Assembly (NCBI GenBank): GCA_964450715.1
Contig: CAYVFC010000001.1
Location: 18,336-82,335, forward strand
Source of the DNA: an uncultured Sandaracinaceae bacterium
Lineage (GTDB): Bacteria > Myxococcota_A > Polyangia > Polyangiales > JAFGIB01
Length of the DNA: 64,000 nt
Direction of reading: 5' to 3'
The notes below the pieces were generated by a model. That model had not been told where the DNA came from. It worked only from the letters and a program-made list of their open reading frames with translations, and searched no databases. The position numbers and the translations under genes are program-made. This document shows, in pieces, positions 17,276 through 27,902 of this stretch (position 1 is its first letter; each line of letters begins with the position of its first letter).

Positions 17276-18504
17276 GCTGGGTAGACGAGAAGACGTACGC
17301 GGAGCTGGCACGGATCCGGGAGGTTCGCGACAAGCAGGCCTACCCCTTTTGCAGACCCTTCGAGACCGGCGGGCTGCACACCAGCGTCGAGGGGCACCAG
17401 ATCGTCAACTTCAGCTCCAACGACTATTTGGGGCTGACCAACCACCCCAAGGTCAAGGAGGCGGCCAAGGCGGCGGTGGATCGCTTTGCCTGCGGGATGA
17501 GCTCCTCGCGTATCCAGGCCACGGCGACCGTGCACGTGGAGATCGAAGAGCGGCTGGCCGCCTGGTACGGCTTCGAGAGCGCGCTGGTCTTCACCACCGG
17601 CTACCAGGCCATGGTGGGCACCATCATGTCGCTGGCCGACCAGGATACCACGTTGGTGCTGGACAATCTGAGCCACGCCTGCATTCTGGACGGCACCTTC
17701 CTGGCAGCGGGTACGCCGCGGCGCTCTCCCGAGGTCAGGTTCTTCAACCACAACTCGGCGCGTTCGTTAGAGCGCATCCTCAAGAATCGGGACCGCAAGA
17801 ACGCGCTGGTCATCTTCGAGGGCGTCTACTCGCTGGACGGCGACAAGGCCAACATGGTCGAGCTGGTCGAGGTCTGCGAGAAGTACGACGCGGTGGTACT
17901 CTGCGACGACGCGCACGGTACCGGCACGCTGGGCAAGCGGGGGACCGGCGTCATCGAGCACTTCGGACTGCAGGGCAGGGTGCCCATCGTGGTCAGCACC
18001 TTCAGCAAGACCTTCGGCGGCATCGGCGGGATCCTGCTGGGCTCGGCCGATCTGACCGATCACGTCAAGCACACCGCCCGCTCCTTCGTCTTCAGCGCTA
18101 CCTTGCCCGCGCCCATCGTAGCGGCGGCCAGCACCATCCTGACCATGCTGGAGACCGAGGGGCCGGCCCTGGTCGAGGAGCTGCAGGAGAAGGCCGGTTA
18201 CATGCGCTCGCGCCTGACTGAGCTCGGGTTTGATCTGGGTATCAGCAACACCCATATCATGCCGGTCATGTGCCGCGACGAGCGCAAGGTGATGTTCATG
18301 CACCTGGCGCTCTACGAGAGCGGCGTCTTTATGGTTCCCGTCATCTATCCGGGCGTCAAGCACGGCGAGGAGCGGTTGAGGCTGAACATCACCCGCGGCC
18401 ACAGCCGCCAGGACATGGACAAAGCGCTCGAGCTGCTCGATACCTACGGCCAGGCTTTCTTCGTACAGTCCGGCGACGAGATCGGCCCCATGGAGGAGGA
18501 GTGA
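17272..18504 (+). CDS. Alpha-oxoamine synthase family PLP enzyme (serine palmitoyltransferase-like)
   Basis: NFSSNDYLGL, TTGYQA, LDNLSHAC, EGVYSLDGD, DDAHG, STFSKTFG (PLP Lys); GTGA overlap with the upstream gene. Confidence 0.85.
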   Translation: MSWVDEKTYAELARIREVRDKQAYPFCRPFETGGLHTSVEGHQIVNFSSNDYLGLTNHPKVKEAAKAAVDRFACGMSSSRIQATATVHVEIEERLAAWYGFESALVFTTGYQAMVGTIMSLADQDTTLVLDNLSHACILDGTFLAAGTPRRSPEVRFFNHNSARSLERILKNRDRKNALVIFEGVYSLDGDKANMVELVEVCEKYDAVVLCDDAHGTGTLGKRGTGVIEHFGLQGRVPIVVSTFSKTFGGIGGILLGSADLTDHVKHTARSFVFSATLPAPIVAAASTILTMLETEGPALVEELQEKAGYMRSRLTELGFDLGISNTHIMPVMCRDERKVMFMHLALYESGVFMVPVIYPGVKHGEERLRLNITRGHSRQDMDKALELLDTYGQAFFVQSGDEIGPMEEE

Positions 18505-18541
18505 GTCGCGCTGGTTCGTAACGCTGCCGGGTCGGCCCTCC

Positions 18542-20437
<1,896 letters not shown>

Positions 20438-20453
20438 AAAGTAAGCGGTAAGC

Positions 20454-20750
20454 GGGACGTACCCAACTAAATCAACTTCCGGAAGTAAAGTAGAAAGCGG
20501 AAACGTACCCAACTAAATCAACTTCCGGAAGTAAAGTAAAGGAAAGAGAAGAGGGGGCAAATCGCCCGATGGCGGTAAGTTGTTTAAATTGGGTACGTCC
20601 CCCGACTCCCCCCCGACTCCGTCCCCCGACTCCCCGATGGCGGTAAGTTGTTTAAATTGGGTACGTCCCCCGACTCCCGACTCCCCGACGGCGGTAAGTT
20701 GTTTAAGTTTGGTACGGCCCCTGACTTCTCGTCCCCTGACTCCTGACTCC
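20454..20750. repeat. Cluster of short related repeats: two 36-bp direct repeats plus three oppositely oriented copies separated by CCCGACT/CCTGACT heptamers
   Basis: acgtacccaactaaatcaacttccggaagtaaagta at 20457 and 20503; cccga(t/c)ggcggtaagttgtttaaattgggtacgtcccc-like units at 20565, 20633, 20684. Confidence 0.85.
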
Positions 20751-21066
20751 GAACGACGAGGCCCCGCGTCACGTATCTAGCTATCGTATCGCTCGCCAAC
20801 TCTACAACACCGACAGGATGCAACTTCTAGAAACTTCCAGGAGAAAATATTCGTAAAAATAGTCAGGGTAACAGTGGCGAATTCTCAAAAAGTACTTGCG
20901 AAGACGAAGGGAGCGGTGTGCCGCTCGACGCAAGCTAATCGAAAGGGTATTATCCGTGTACGGATTACTTGTAGTCGGGGCGGGGCGTAGGTCTGTCTGC
21001 TAACAAAAATCGGTATAAACGCTCGACGTAAGGCGACCGAGCGGGTATCATCAGCTCAAGGATTAC

Positions 21067-21101
21067 TCGTAGACAGGGTGGAAGCGTAAATCTGTCTACG
21101 A
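21067..21101. promoter_or_regulatory. 10-bp perfect inverted repeat in the leader of the first island gene
   Basis: tcgtagacag (21067-21076) / ctgtctacga (21092-21101). Confidence 0.4.
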
Positions 21102-21141
21102 ACCGAAGCTGGCGGAAACGATCTGAGTGCTAATCAAAAGA

Positions 21142-22899
21142 ATGTCGAAGACCAAGATACGTTTTGACCTAATTGCTTTCGGCATCTCGATCGGAATACT
21201 TTTCTTGTTCGCCTTGACCTTCCGAGCGGCGATACAAGCCCGATATGTTATGGACGAATTTCTTTGGGCTTCTTTCGCCGGGGATATCTATCGCGGGCTC
21301 CGACCCTATGTCGATTTTCAGTTCGGGAAGACCGTGCTAGGGCTATATCCCTTCGTCACTCCGTTCTTGTTTTATGATGACACCGCTTCCATCATGCGAG
21401 GTAGTCGATTCATCGGACTAGCTATTGCGGTCGGCGCTCTTATAACGACTTTCGCTGTTTGTCGTCAAGCCTTCCGGCAGCCGGATTCAGAAACCCCGTC
21501 GGCGGGGTTAGAAGATCAAGCGGTAATAGAACGATTCCGTCCTTTAAAGTATATAGGCCTATGGTCTATCTTCTGGATGCTGGCATGCAGTACCTTCCGA
21601 GAGAACTGCTATCAACTCCGAGTAGATATGGCGGCTACGCTGTTCGCGTTAGCCGGAATCTTTCTATATCTAAAGTACAGCGGGCGAACCGGAGCGGTGC
21701 TTTCTGGGGTGTTTGTCGGCCTGGCGTTTTGTATTACGCAAAAAGCAGCATATTTCGTGTTCGCCTTCATGGTCGCAATTATTGCGACTTCCGGCGACGG
21801 TTATCGTCGCTCGTTGCAGCGCCTCGGGCTGTTTGCCGCGGGCGTTGCCGCTTCCTTGGAGGTTTACGTTCTAGCATTCGGTCACGGCGGTTTTTACCAA
21901 GACGTGATCGGTACTACTTTCTTCGACCCCGCCATTGTCGACGTCGCATTAAAGAAGGAATATCCGAACTTAAAGGTTTTTTATTGGCAGATGATATCGC
22001 GAAACTACATTTTTTGCGCGATATCACTCTTCGGCCTTGGCTACGAAGTTAGGCGGTGGACGCGAAACGATCCTCGGCGAAGGTTTTTCTTCGTCTTTAC
22101 TATTACGATGTTGGTCCTGGCAGCGTTACATCGAGCGCCCTGGCCGTATACGTTCGTCATGGTAGTTCCCTTCCTTGCCGTATACGCGGCATTGGCGGGT
22201 CATGTAGCTGTCGAAGCGATTAGCAAGTACCGATATCTGGTTTATCCGGCGCTACTGTTAGTTCTACTGGTCATTTTCGGGCAATCGTTTCTACGATCTG
22301 AAGAGCATTTGCGAATTCCATTGGCGATTCAACTACGCACGGTAGCTGCTGCGGAGGCTATACTAGGCCCTGAGGATACCTATTACGATGCAATTCGTAT
22401 CATAGCCGCGAGACGACCGGCGAGCCGTGTGATTCTTCAGAAGGTGGCATTGAATCAATTGAGAAACGCCTGGGGCCGGCTAGGTTGGTCGTTTATAGAA
22501 GGGATACGGGCTAGTAAATGTAAACTTATGATCTATAATTACCGTTTAGAGTCGTTGCCGGCAAGCTTTAAGGTCTTTATGGTCGATCACTATGTGCTAA
22601 TCGGCGCCAATATATTCGTATCCGGTGCTGAGGTGACCGGTCCAAAGGAAGTAATCGACCTCGTTTGGCCGGGAAGATACCTGGCCTTGAAGAGCGGGGA
22701 TTGCAAGAATATATATATAGATGGTAAAAGGCTCTTGGAAAGAACTTCTTCGGTGAAGCTGGACGCCGGAAGGCATAAAATAGGTTTTACTGGTAAAGGG
22801 ACTCTGCTGCTGGTTCCGGAGGATGCGGGGCGCTGGGTACTGCGCCACGGATTGAGGAAGAAGTTGGTGGCGCTTTTTCACAGAATATATGAGCAGTAG
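21142..22899 (+). CDS. Polytopic membrane protein, GT-C (ArnT/PMT-like) glycosyltransferase candidate
   Basis: MDEF acidic pair after TM1, LRVD, many TM helices, soluble C-terminal domain. Confidence 0.6.
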   Translation: MSKTKIRFDLIAFGISIGILFLFALTFRAAIQARYVMDEFLWASFAGDIYRGLRPYVDFQFGKTVLGLYPFVTPFLFYDDTASIMRGSRFIGLAIAVGALITTFAVCRQAFRQPDSETPSAGLEDQAVIERFRPLKYIGLWSIFWMLACSTFRENCYQLRVDMAATLFALAGIFLYLKYSGRTGAVLSGVFVGLAFCITQKAAYFVFAFMVAIIATSGDGYRRSLQRLGLFAAGVAASLEVYVLAFGHGGFYQDVIGTTFFDPAIVDVALKKEYPNLKVFYWQMISRNYIFCAISLFGLGYEVRRWTRNDPRRRFFFVFTITMLVLAALHRAPWPYTFVMVVPFLAVYAALAGHVAVEAISKYRYLVYPALLLVLLVIFGQSFLRSEEHLRIPLAIQLRTVAAAEAILGPEDTYYDAIRIIAARRPASRVILQKVALNQLRNAWGRLGWSFIEGIRASKCKLMIYNYRLESLPASFKVFMVDHYVLIGANIFVSGAEVTGPKEVIDLVWPGRYLALKSGDCKNIYIDGKRLLERTSSVKLDAGRHKIGFTGKGTLLLVPEDAGRWVLRHGLRKKLVALFHRIYEQ

Positions 22900-23020
22900 C
22901 CAGGCTGTTGTTTGATGCCGAGAAATACCGCGTCGAGATGCGGCGGCGGATAATGCCTCGACGAAGTAAAGCTGGATATATGGGGTTTTCTAAAGTTCTT
23001 CAGTCGATGAGAATGAACGG

Positions 23021-24385
23021 ATGAATAGACGGGTTGCGCTTGTTCAGCCCCGGCTTCCCGACCGGAACTTTATACCCAGCCTAGGGTTGTTATACCTAGC
23101 CGCCGTACTCGAGGCGGAAGGGTTCGAAGTTCGCATATTTGACGAGAATCTAGATGAGGCGTATTGCGAAGAGCTAGTTCGCTTTCGCCCGCTCGTCGTA
23201 GGCTTTACCGTCGTGACGGCGGCGGTAAACCGAGTACGACGTTGTATTTCGGAACTGAGGTCGCGACTACCCGACGCAAGGACAGTTGTCGGGGGACCGC
23301 ACGCGAGTTGTAGGCCGGAGGACCTGGTCGGGCCTTTAGCAGCGGATTTTGCATTCGTAGGAGAGGCGGAGTATCCGTTTCTTGATCTATGCCAAGCTCT
23401 GGTTAGAGGATCGAACGATTACGAATCCATCTCCAATCTGGTACAAAGCCGCAACGGTTCGCTGGTCCGAAATCCGAGCAGGCGGCTGCTCACGACCGAA
23501 GAATTGGATAGGCTTCCGCTACCGGCTTTTCACTTGCTGGACCTGGAGCGGGTGTATCCGTTGTTGACGCACGGCCTTTTTTCGCGTGGTAACAGGACGC
23601 TTCCGATAATGACCTCTAGAGGCTGCCCGTATTCGTGTAGCTTCTGCTGCCGTACAATGGGAAGGGAAATGCGGGGGCGTTCAGTGGAAAACGTCTTGGC
23701 GGAGATCGAGCACCTTATAGAGCGGTTCGAACTGGACGGTATCTACTTCGAAGACGATAATTTCACCTTTGACCGAGAGAGGGCGATGAGGATACTCTCG
23801 GGTATTGCCGCCAGGTTTCCAATGCTGAGCATCAAGTTTGCCAACGGTCTTCGAGCGGATAGAGTAGACGAAGGTCTACTGAAGGCGATCAAGGCCGCCG
23901 GTGGTTATTGGATAGGGTTCGGCATCGAATCGGGATCGCGGCGCATACTCAAATCGATGCGGAAAAGTCTTGATTTGAACCAGGCGCGGCGGAACATAGA
24001 GGTAGCGAAGCGTCTCGGATTCAAAGTCGGATCGAACATCATACTCGGATATCCGGGCGAGACTTGGAGGGATATCGCCGAAAGCATCGGGTTCTTCTTC
24101 CGCCTGAACCTAGACAGTCTGGCGATCGTGAATCTGGTTCCGTTTCCCGGAACCGCTGTTCACGAATTGTGCTATAAAGCCGGATACCTAACGGCCGAGG
24201 CTTCGAATTTAGACAACTATTATTTCGGCCTATTAAAAGTGAAGCACCTGATCCGAACTCCGTCGCTATCGCCCGTCGAGGTACAAGCATCTATTTGGCT
24301 AGCGTACGCGGTCTTGTATGGAACCTCGTGGAAACGGTTGAAGCGTATCTCGGAGACGGTTGCGAGGAAGATTCTGAGGCGTTGA
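23021..24385 (+). CDS. B12-binding radical SAM protein
   Basis: PSLGLLYLAAVL, VVGGPHAS, TSRGCPYSCSFC, FEDDNF, GIESGS, ILGYPGET, VPFPGT. Confidence 0.92.
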   Translation: MNRRVALVQPRLPDRNFIPSLGLLYLAAVLEAEGFEVRIFDENLDEAYCEELVRFRPLVVGFTVVTAAVNRVRRCISELRSRLPDARTVVGGPHASCRPEDLVGPLAADFAFVGEAEYPFLDLCQALVRGSNDYESISNLVQSRNGSLVRNPSRRLLTTEELDRLPLPAFHLLDLERVYPLLTHGLFSRGNRTLPIMTSRGCPYSCSFCCRTMGREMRGRSVENVLAEIEHLIERFELDGIYFEDDNFTFDRERAMRILSGIAARFPMLSIKFANGLRADRVDEGLLKAIKAAGGYWIGFGIESGSRRILKSMRKSLDLNQARRNIEVAKRLGFKVGSNIILGYPGETWRDIAESIGFFFRLNLDSLAIVNLVPFPGTAVHELCYKAGYLTAEASNLDNYYFGLLKVKHLIRTPSLSPVEVQASIWLAYAVLYGTSWKRLKRISETVARKILRR

Positions 24386-24386
24386 C

Positions 24387-25322
24387 ATGGAAAGAGAGAA
24401 TAGAAAGATAGCCGTCGTCATTCCCTGCTATAACGAGGCCCAAACGATAGGGAAGGTAGTTGAGGACTTCAAGAGAGAGCTTCCGGACGCGGAAATATAC
24501 GTGTATGATAACAATTCTAAGGATAGAACCGCGGAGGTGGCGAAGAGGAGCGGAGCTAAAGTTCGTTTCTGCACGAGACAGGGTAAGGGGATGGTGGTGC
24601 GCCAGATGTTTGCGGAGGTGTCCGCAGATGTCTACGTGATGGTCGACGGCGACGACACTTATACCGCGAGCGATGTACACGCGCTGCTTGCGCCGGTGCT
24701 TGACGGTACTTGTGACCTTTGCGTGGGGAATCGTCTCCAAAGATACGCCCGCGGCTCATTTGCGTTATTCCATCTGTTCGGAAATAGGCTCATCAAAACA
24801 ATGATGGAGCGTTTTTACTTGGCGAGAATTGACGATATGTTGTCAGGTTATAGGGTGCTTACTCGTGAAGTGGTAGAGGACCTAACGTTAATCTCTACGG
24901 GATTTGAGATAGAAACGGAAATTAATATCAGAGCGGTTTGGAGAGGTTATCGGATCGTTTGCGTCCCCACCATATATAAGAAGAGGCCAGAGGGAAGCGT
25001 TTCAAAGATCCGTTTGTTTTCGGACGGGTATCGCATATTGGCGACGATGCTGGTTTTGTTACGCGAGCATCAGCCGGTGACTATGGCGGGGTACGTTTTA
25101 TTGATGTGTACTTTGCTTGCGGCTGCGGGTATGGCCTCCGGGCTTCATTACGGCAACGTATATTTATTCACAGGGGCGCTAGCCCTTTTAGTATGCGGGG
25201 TAACGGTCATATGTACTGGAATTGTCCTGAATGCGACAAACTGGGCGCATAGAGAATCGGAAGTTCGAGAGCAAAAGTTGATACGCTTATTGAAAGAATA
25301 TAGAAGCGAAACCGATCGATGA
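24387..25322 (+). CDS. GT2 glycosyltransferase, polyprenol-phosphate glycosyltransferase (DPM1/ArnC-like) with 2 C-terminal TMs
   Basis: VIPCYNE, DNNSKD, GKG, VDGDDTY, SGYRV, GFEIETE. Confidence 0.88.
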   Translation: MERENRKIAVVIPCYNEAQTIGKVVEDFKRELPDAEIYVYDNNSKDRTAEVAKRSGAKVRFCTRQGKGMVVRQMFAEVSADVYVMVDGDDTYTASDVHALLAPVLDGTCDLCVGNRLQRYARGSFALFHLFGNRLIKTMMERFYLARIDDMLSGYRVLTREVVEDLTLISTGFEIETEINIRAVWRGYRIVCVPTIYKKRPEGSVSKIRLFSDGYRILATMLVLLREHQPVTMAGYVLLMCTLLAAAGMASGLHYGNVYLFTGALALLVCGVTVICTGIVLNATNWAHRESEVREQKLIRLLKEYRSETDR

Positions 25323-26710
25323 AGGTATTGTTACTAAGCCCGCCGTTTAAGAAGGACTATATGCGCAACGCTCGTTGCGACTTCGTGTCTCAATCGCACA
25401 CCCAGTGGTATCCGATTTTGCTAGGATCGGCGGGAGCGTTGTTGGAAAAACACGGGCACGAAACGCGTCTGGTAGATGCCCCGGCGGAGAATCTTTCCGA
25501 GCGAGCTGTAGAAGCGATAGGGCGCGATTTTCAGCCGGACGTGTTAGCCGTGTACGGAGGGAGAATGAGCGAGCGATCCGATCAGGAGTTGGCGGATCGC
25601 TTTTCGGCGAATCTAGGATGCCGAACCGTATTTTGCGGTCCATATGTTTCGATCGCACCCCGTCGGTGGCTCGAAAATACCGAAAGGGTAGAGGCGGTTA
25701 TCGACGGAGAGATGGAATTCACGCTGTTAGAATTCGTCGAGAAGAGAAACAACGATAGTATTTCCGGCCTGATTTATAAGAGGGGAGATGATGTCGTGGC
25801 GAATTCGAGCCGCGCTTATATGAATACGGAACAGCTAGACAGTATCCCGTTCGTTTCAAGCTATTTAAAAAGGCAGGTAAATATTAGAAATTACCGGGCG
25901 ATTTCGGAGCCGTTTCCTTTTATGGACATCATGTCGGGACACGGCTGCCATTGGGGAGTGTGTTCGTTTTGCTTGTGGGTACATAGCTACGTAAAGGGAC
26001 GTGTCTACAACGGACGTTCGGTAGAACGATTAATCGGCGAATTCGAGTACGTAAGGACTTGGATGCCGGAAGTTCGTTCGATAATGATACAAGATGATAC
26101 GATCCCCGAAGCGCGCATGATCGAGATGTGCGAAGCCCTTATTCGCGCGCGGATAAAACTGGTCTGGTCTTGCTATGCTAGGGCGGAGCTTGAGGCGGAG
26201 ACGTTGCGGTTAATGAAAAAGGCAGGGTGCCTCAACTTGCACGTAGGTTTCGAGTCGGCTGACGAGGTAGTGCTGAAAAAAGCTAGGAAGGGAATAAGCA
26301 GAGGTCGTATGACGCGCTTCGCCGCCGATGCTCGTAAAGCGGGCCTGCATATTCACGGAGATTTCTTGATAGGGCTGGACGGTGAAAGACGAGAGAGTGT
26401 TTTGAAAACGGTAGAGTGGGCGAAGTTTTTGAAGGTGGACTCGGCTCAATTTCAAATGATGATACCATTTGAGGGTACGCCGCTTCACAGATCTCTTACC
26501 GAAAAGGGGCAACTACGGGATGGATATCCCGACTACCCACATTTATCGATAGAGGAAATGAAGGGGTTGCAGCGAAAGGCTTACCGGTCTTTTTATCTAC
26601 GTCCGAGCCAGTTGCTCAAGATAGCTGCGCATCCGAAGAGCCGGCTTTGGCACTATTTGAAGGTTGCGCACAAGATTGTACCTAACATTATCGGTAAGGC
26701 GGAGTGCTGA
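25319..26710 (+). CDS. B12-binding radical SAM protein, HpnJ-like
   Basis: QWYPILL, VDAP, GCHWGVCSFCLW (CX4CX2C), QDDT, WSCYARA, GFESA, IHGDFLIG, IPFEGT. Confidence 0.85.
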   Translation: MKVLLLSPPFKKDYMRNARCDFVSQSHTQWYPILLGSAGALLEKHGHETRLVDAPAENLSERAVEAIGRDFQPDVLAVYGGRMSERSDQELADRFSANLGCRTVFCGPYVSIAPRRWLENTERVEAVIDGEMEFTLLEFVEKRNNDSISGLIYKRGDDVVANSSRAYMNTEQLDSIPFVSSYLKRQVNIRNYRAISEPFPFMDIMSGHGCHWGVCSFCLWVHSYVKGRVYNGRSVERLIGEFEYVRTWMPEVRSIMIQDDTIPEARMIEMCEALIRARIKLVWSCYARAELEAETLRLMKKAGCLNLHVGFESADEVVLKKARKGISRGRMTRFAADARKAGLHIHGDFLIGLDGERRESVLKTVEWAKFLKVDSAQFQMMIPFEGTPLHRSLTEKGQLRDGYPDYPHLSIEEMKGLQRKAYRSFYLRPSQLLKIAAHPKSRLWHYLKVAHKIVPNIIGKAEC

Positions 26711-27889
26711 GTGACCATTTCGCTGTTAGGCTATCTGATAGGCGGTGTATTGATAACCGTACTAGCATGGTGCTACAGCGTCTATTATCTCGTTTTAGAT
26801 AGGGGGAGGGAGACGACAGGAGTCGTAGAATCTACTGTCGACGAAGAACCATTACGCTTTAGTATTATCATTCCGTGTTACCAGGAAGAAGGGTGGATCC
26901 TAGAGAAACTAGAAAACACCGCGATGTTGAAATATCCAGAGGAATGCGTAGATATATTCGTTGTAGACGGAGGGTCGACGGACGAGACGCCTAAGATAGC
27001 CGAGGAGTACTGCGTATCGAGGAAGAACTATCACTTCGTTTCGTCGCCGAAAAAGGGAAAGATACCGCAGTTAAATCATATATTAAAAGACGTTGATGGC
27101 GGAATTGTCGTCGTTACGGACGTTGACGGCAAGGTCGCGCCGGATGCATTGCAAAAACTGGCTCAATTATACCGGGACCCGAGAGTAGGTTGCGTCAGTG
27201 CATTCGCGGAACCTACGAATCCTTCTCCGGAAGAAAAACTTTTTTGGCGATATCAGAACGCGATGCGTTCGATAGAGAGCGAACGCGGGCATGTCTCGGT
27301 AATGATAGCGGTGTTCTATTCGTTTCGGCGAGAGCTGTTTCATCTTTATCCGGAAGATGTGGTCGCCGACGATGTTTATGTAGCGTTTTGCGGAAATACA
27401 CGAGGATACAGGTGTCATTATAGCGCCGGCATACGGGCAGCAGAATCTAGAAGCGCGAGCTCGTTTTCTCAAATGCTAGAGCATAAGCTAAGAAAAGTTA
27501 ACGCGAATATGAAAGAGTTGGTTCGCTTTTGGCCGAGGCTGGCGGAGATGCGTGGCGTATGGTTGGTAATATATATCACGAAGTACGCGCAACATTGGTT
27601 TGTGGCTCCATCTATCCTGGCTCTCGTGGCGTTGTTTACGGCGACGTTAGCGCTCGACGGCGTTGGGGCTCTGAAGTTTTGGGGCCTAGCGGTCGTGACT
27701 TTGGTTTTTTTACAAGGAATGGCGAATAAGGCAATGAAGAAATATATGGGGGCTGCCGAGGGAAAGAGGGATAAGGCGCGGATAGGCCGAAAGCTTCTGT
27801 ATATGGTCTTCTTTCATATGATACTATTACTGGGGCTTATTCGCTACTTTGTCGTTCGTCAGTCGAGCGTATACAAAAAGGTAAACTAG
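26711..27889 (+). CDS. Membrane-anchored GT2 glycosyltransferase
   Basis: N-terminal TM, IIPCYQE, VDGGSTD, GK, TDVD, ADD, C-terminal TMs; GTG start. Confidence 0.85.
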   Translation: MTISLLGYLIGGVLITVLAWCYSVYYLVLDRGRETTGVVESTVDEEPLRFSIIIPCYQEEGWILEKLENTAMLKYPEECVDIFVVDGGSTDETPKIAEEYCVSRKNYHFVSSPKKGKIPQLNHILKDVDGGIVVVTDVDGKVAPDALQKLAQLYRDPRVGCVSAFAEPTNPSPEEKLFWRYQNAMRSIESERGHVSVMIAVFYSFRRELFHLYPEDVVADDVYVAFCGNTRGYRCHYSAGIRAAESRSASSFSQMLEHKLRKVNANMKELVRFWPRLAEMRGVWLVIYITKYAQHWFVAPSILALVALFTATLALDGVGALKFWGLAVVTLVFLQGMANKAMKKYMGAAEGKRDKARIGRKLLYMVFFHMILLLGLIRYFVVRQSSVYKKVN

Positions 27890-27902
27890 CTGAAGGGGAA
27901 GA

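Noticed and set aside
17272-18504. Annotation as bioF (8-amino-7-oxononanoate synthase)
   Set aside because: No biotin genes nearby, coupled to a KS pair, and motifs look more SPT-like; not excluded without a phylogeny, so no gene symbol given
20457-20538. 36-bp direct repeats resembling a CRISPR array
   Set aside because: Only two copies, a 10-nt spacer, and no cas genes in the window
20571-20701. GGCGGTAAGTTG (3 copies) resembles the RfaH ops element GGCGGTAGnnTG upstream of a glycosylation operon
   Set aside because: Conserved G8 is A, the copies are part of a larger repeat unit, they lie more than 400 bp from the first gene, and no NusG paralogue is in view
20584-20823. 79-aa minus-strand ORF with repeated VPNLNNLPPSGSR (and its 66-aa plus-strand mirror)
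   Set aside because: Translation of the DNA repeat cluster; no coding signal
20925-20990. gacgcaagc and gaaa elements reminiscent of a c-di-GMP-I riboswitch
   Set aside because: Elements are in the wrong order and the conserved P1/P2 architecture is not evident
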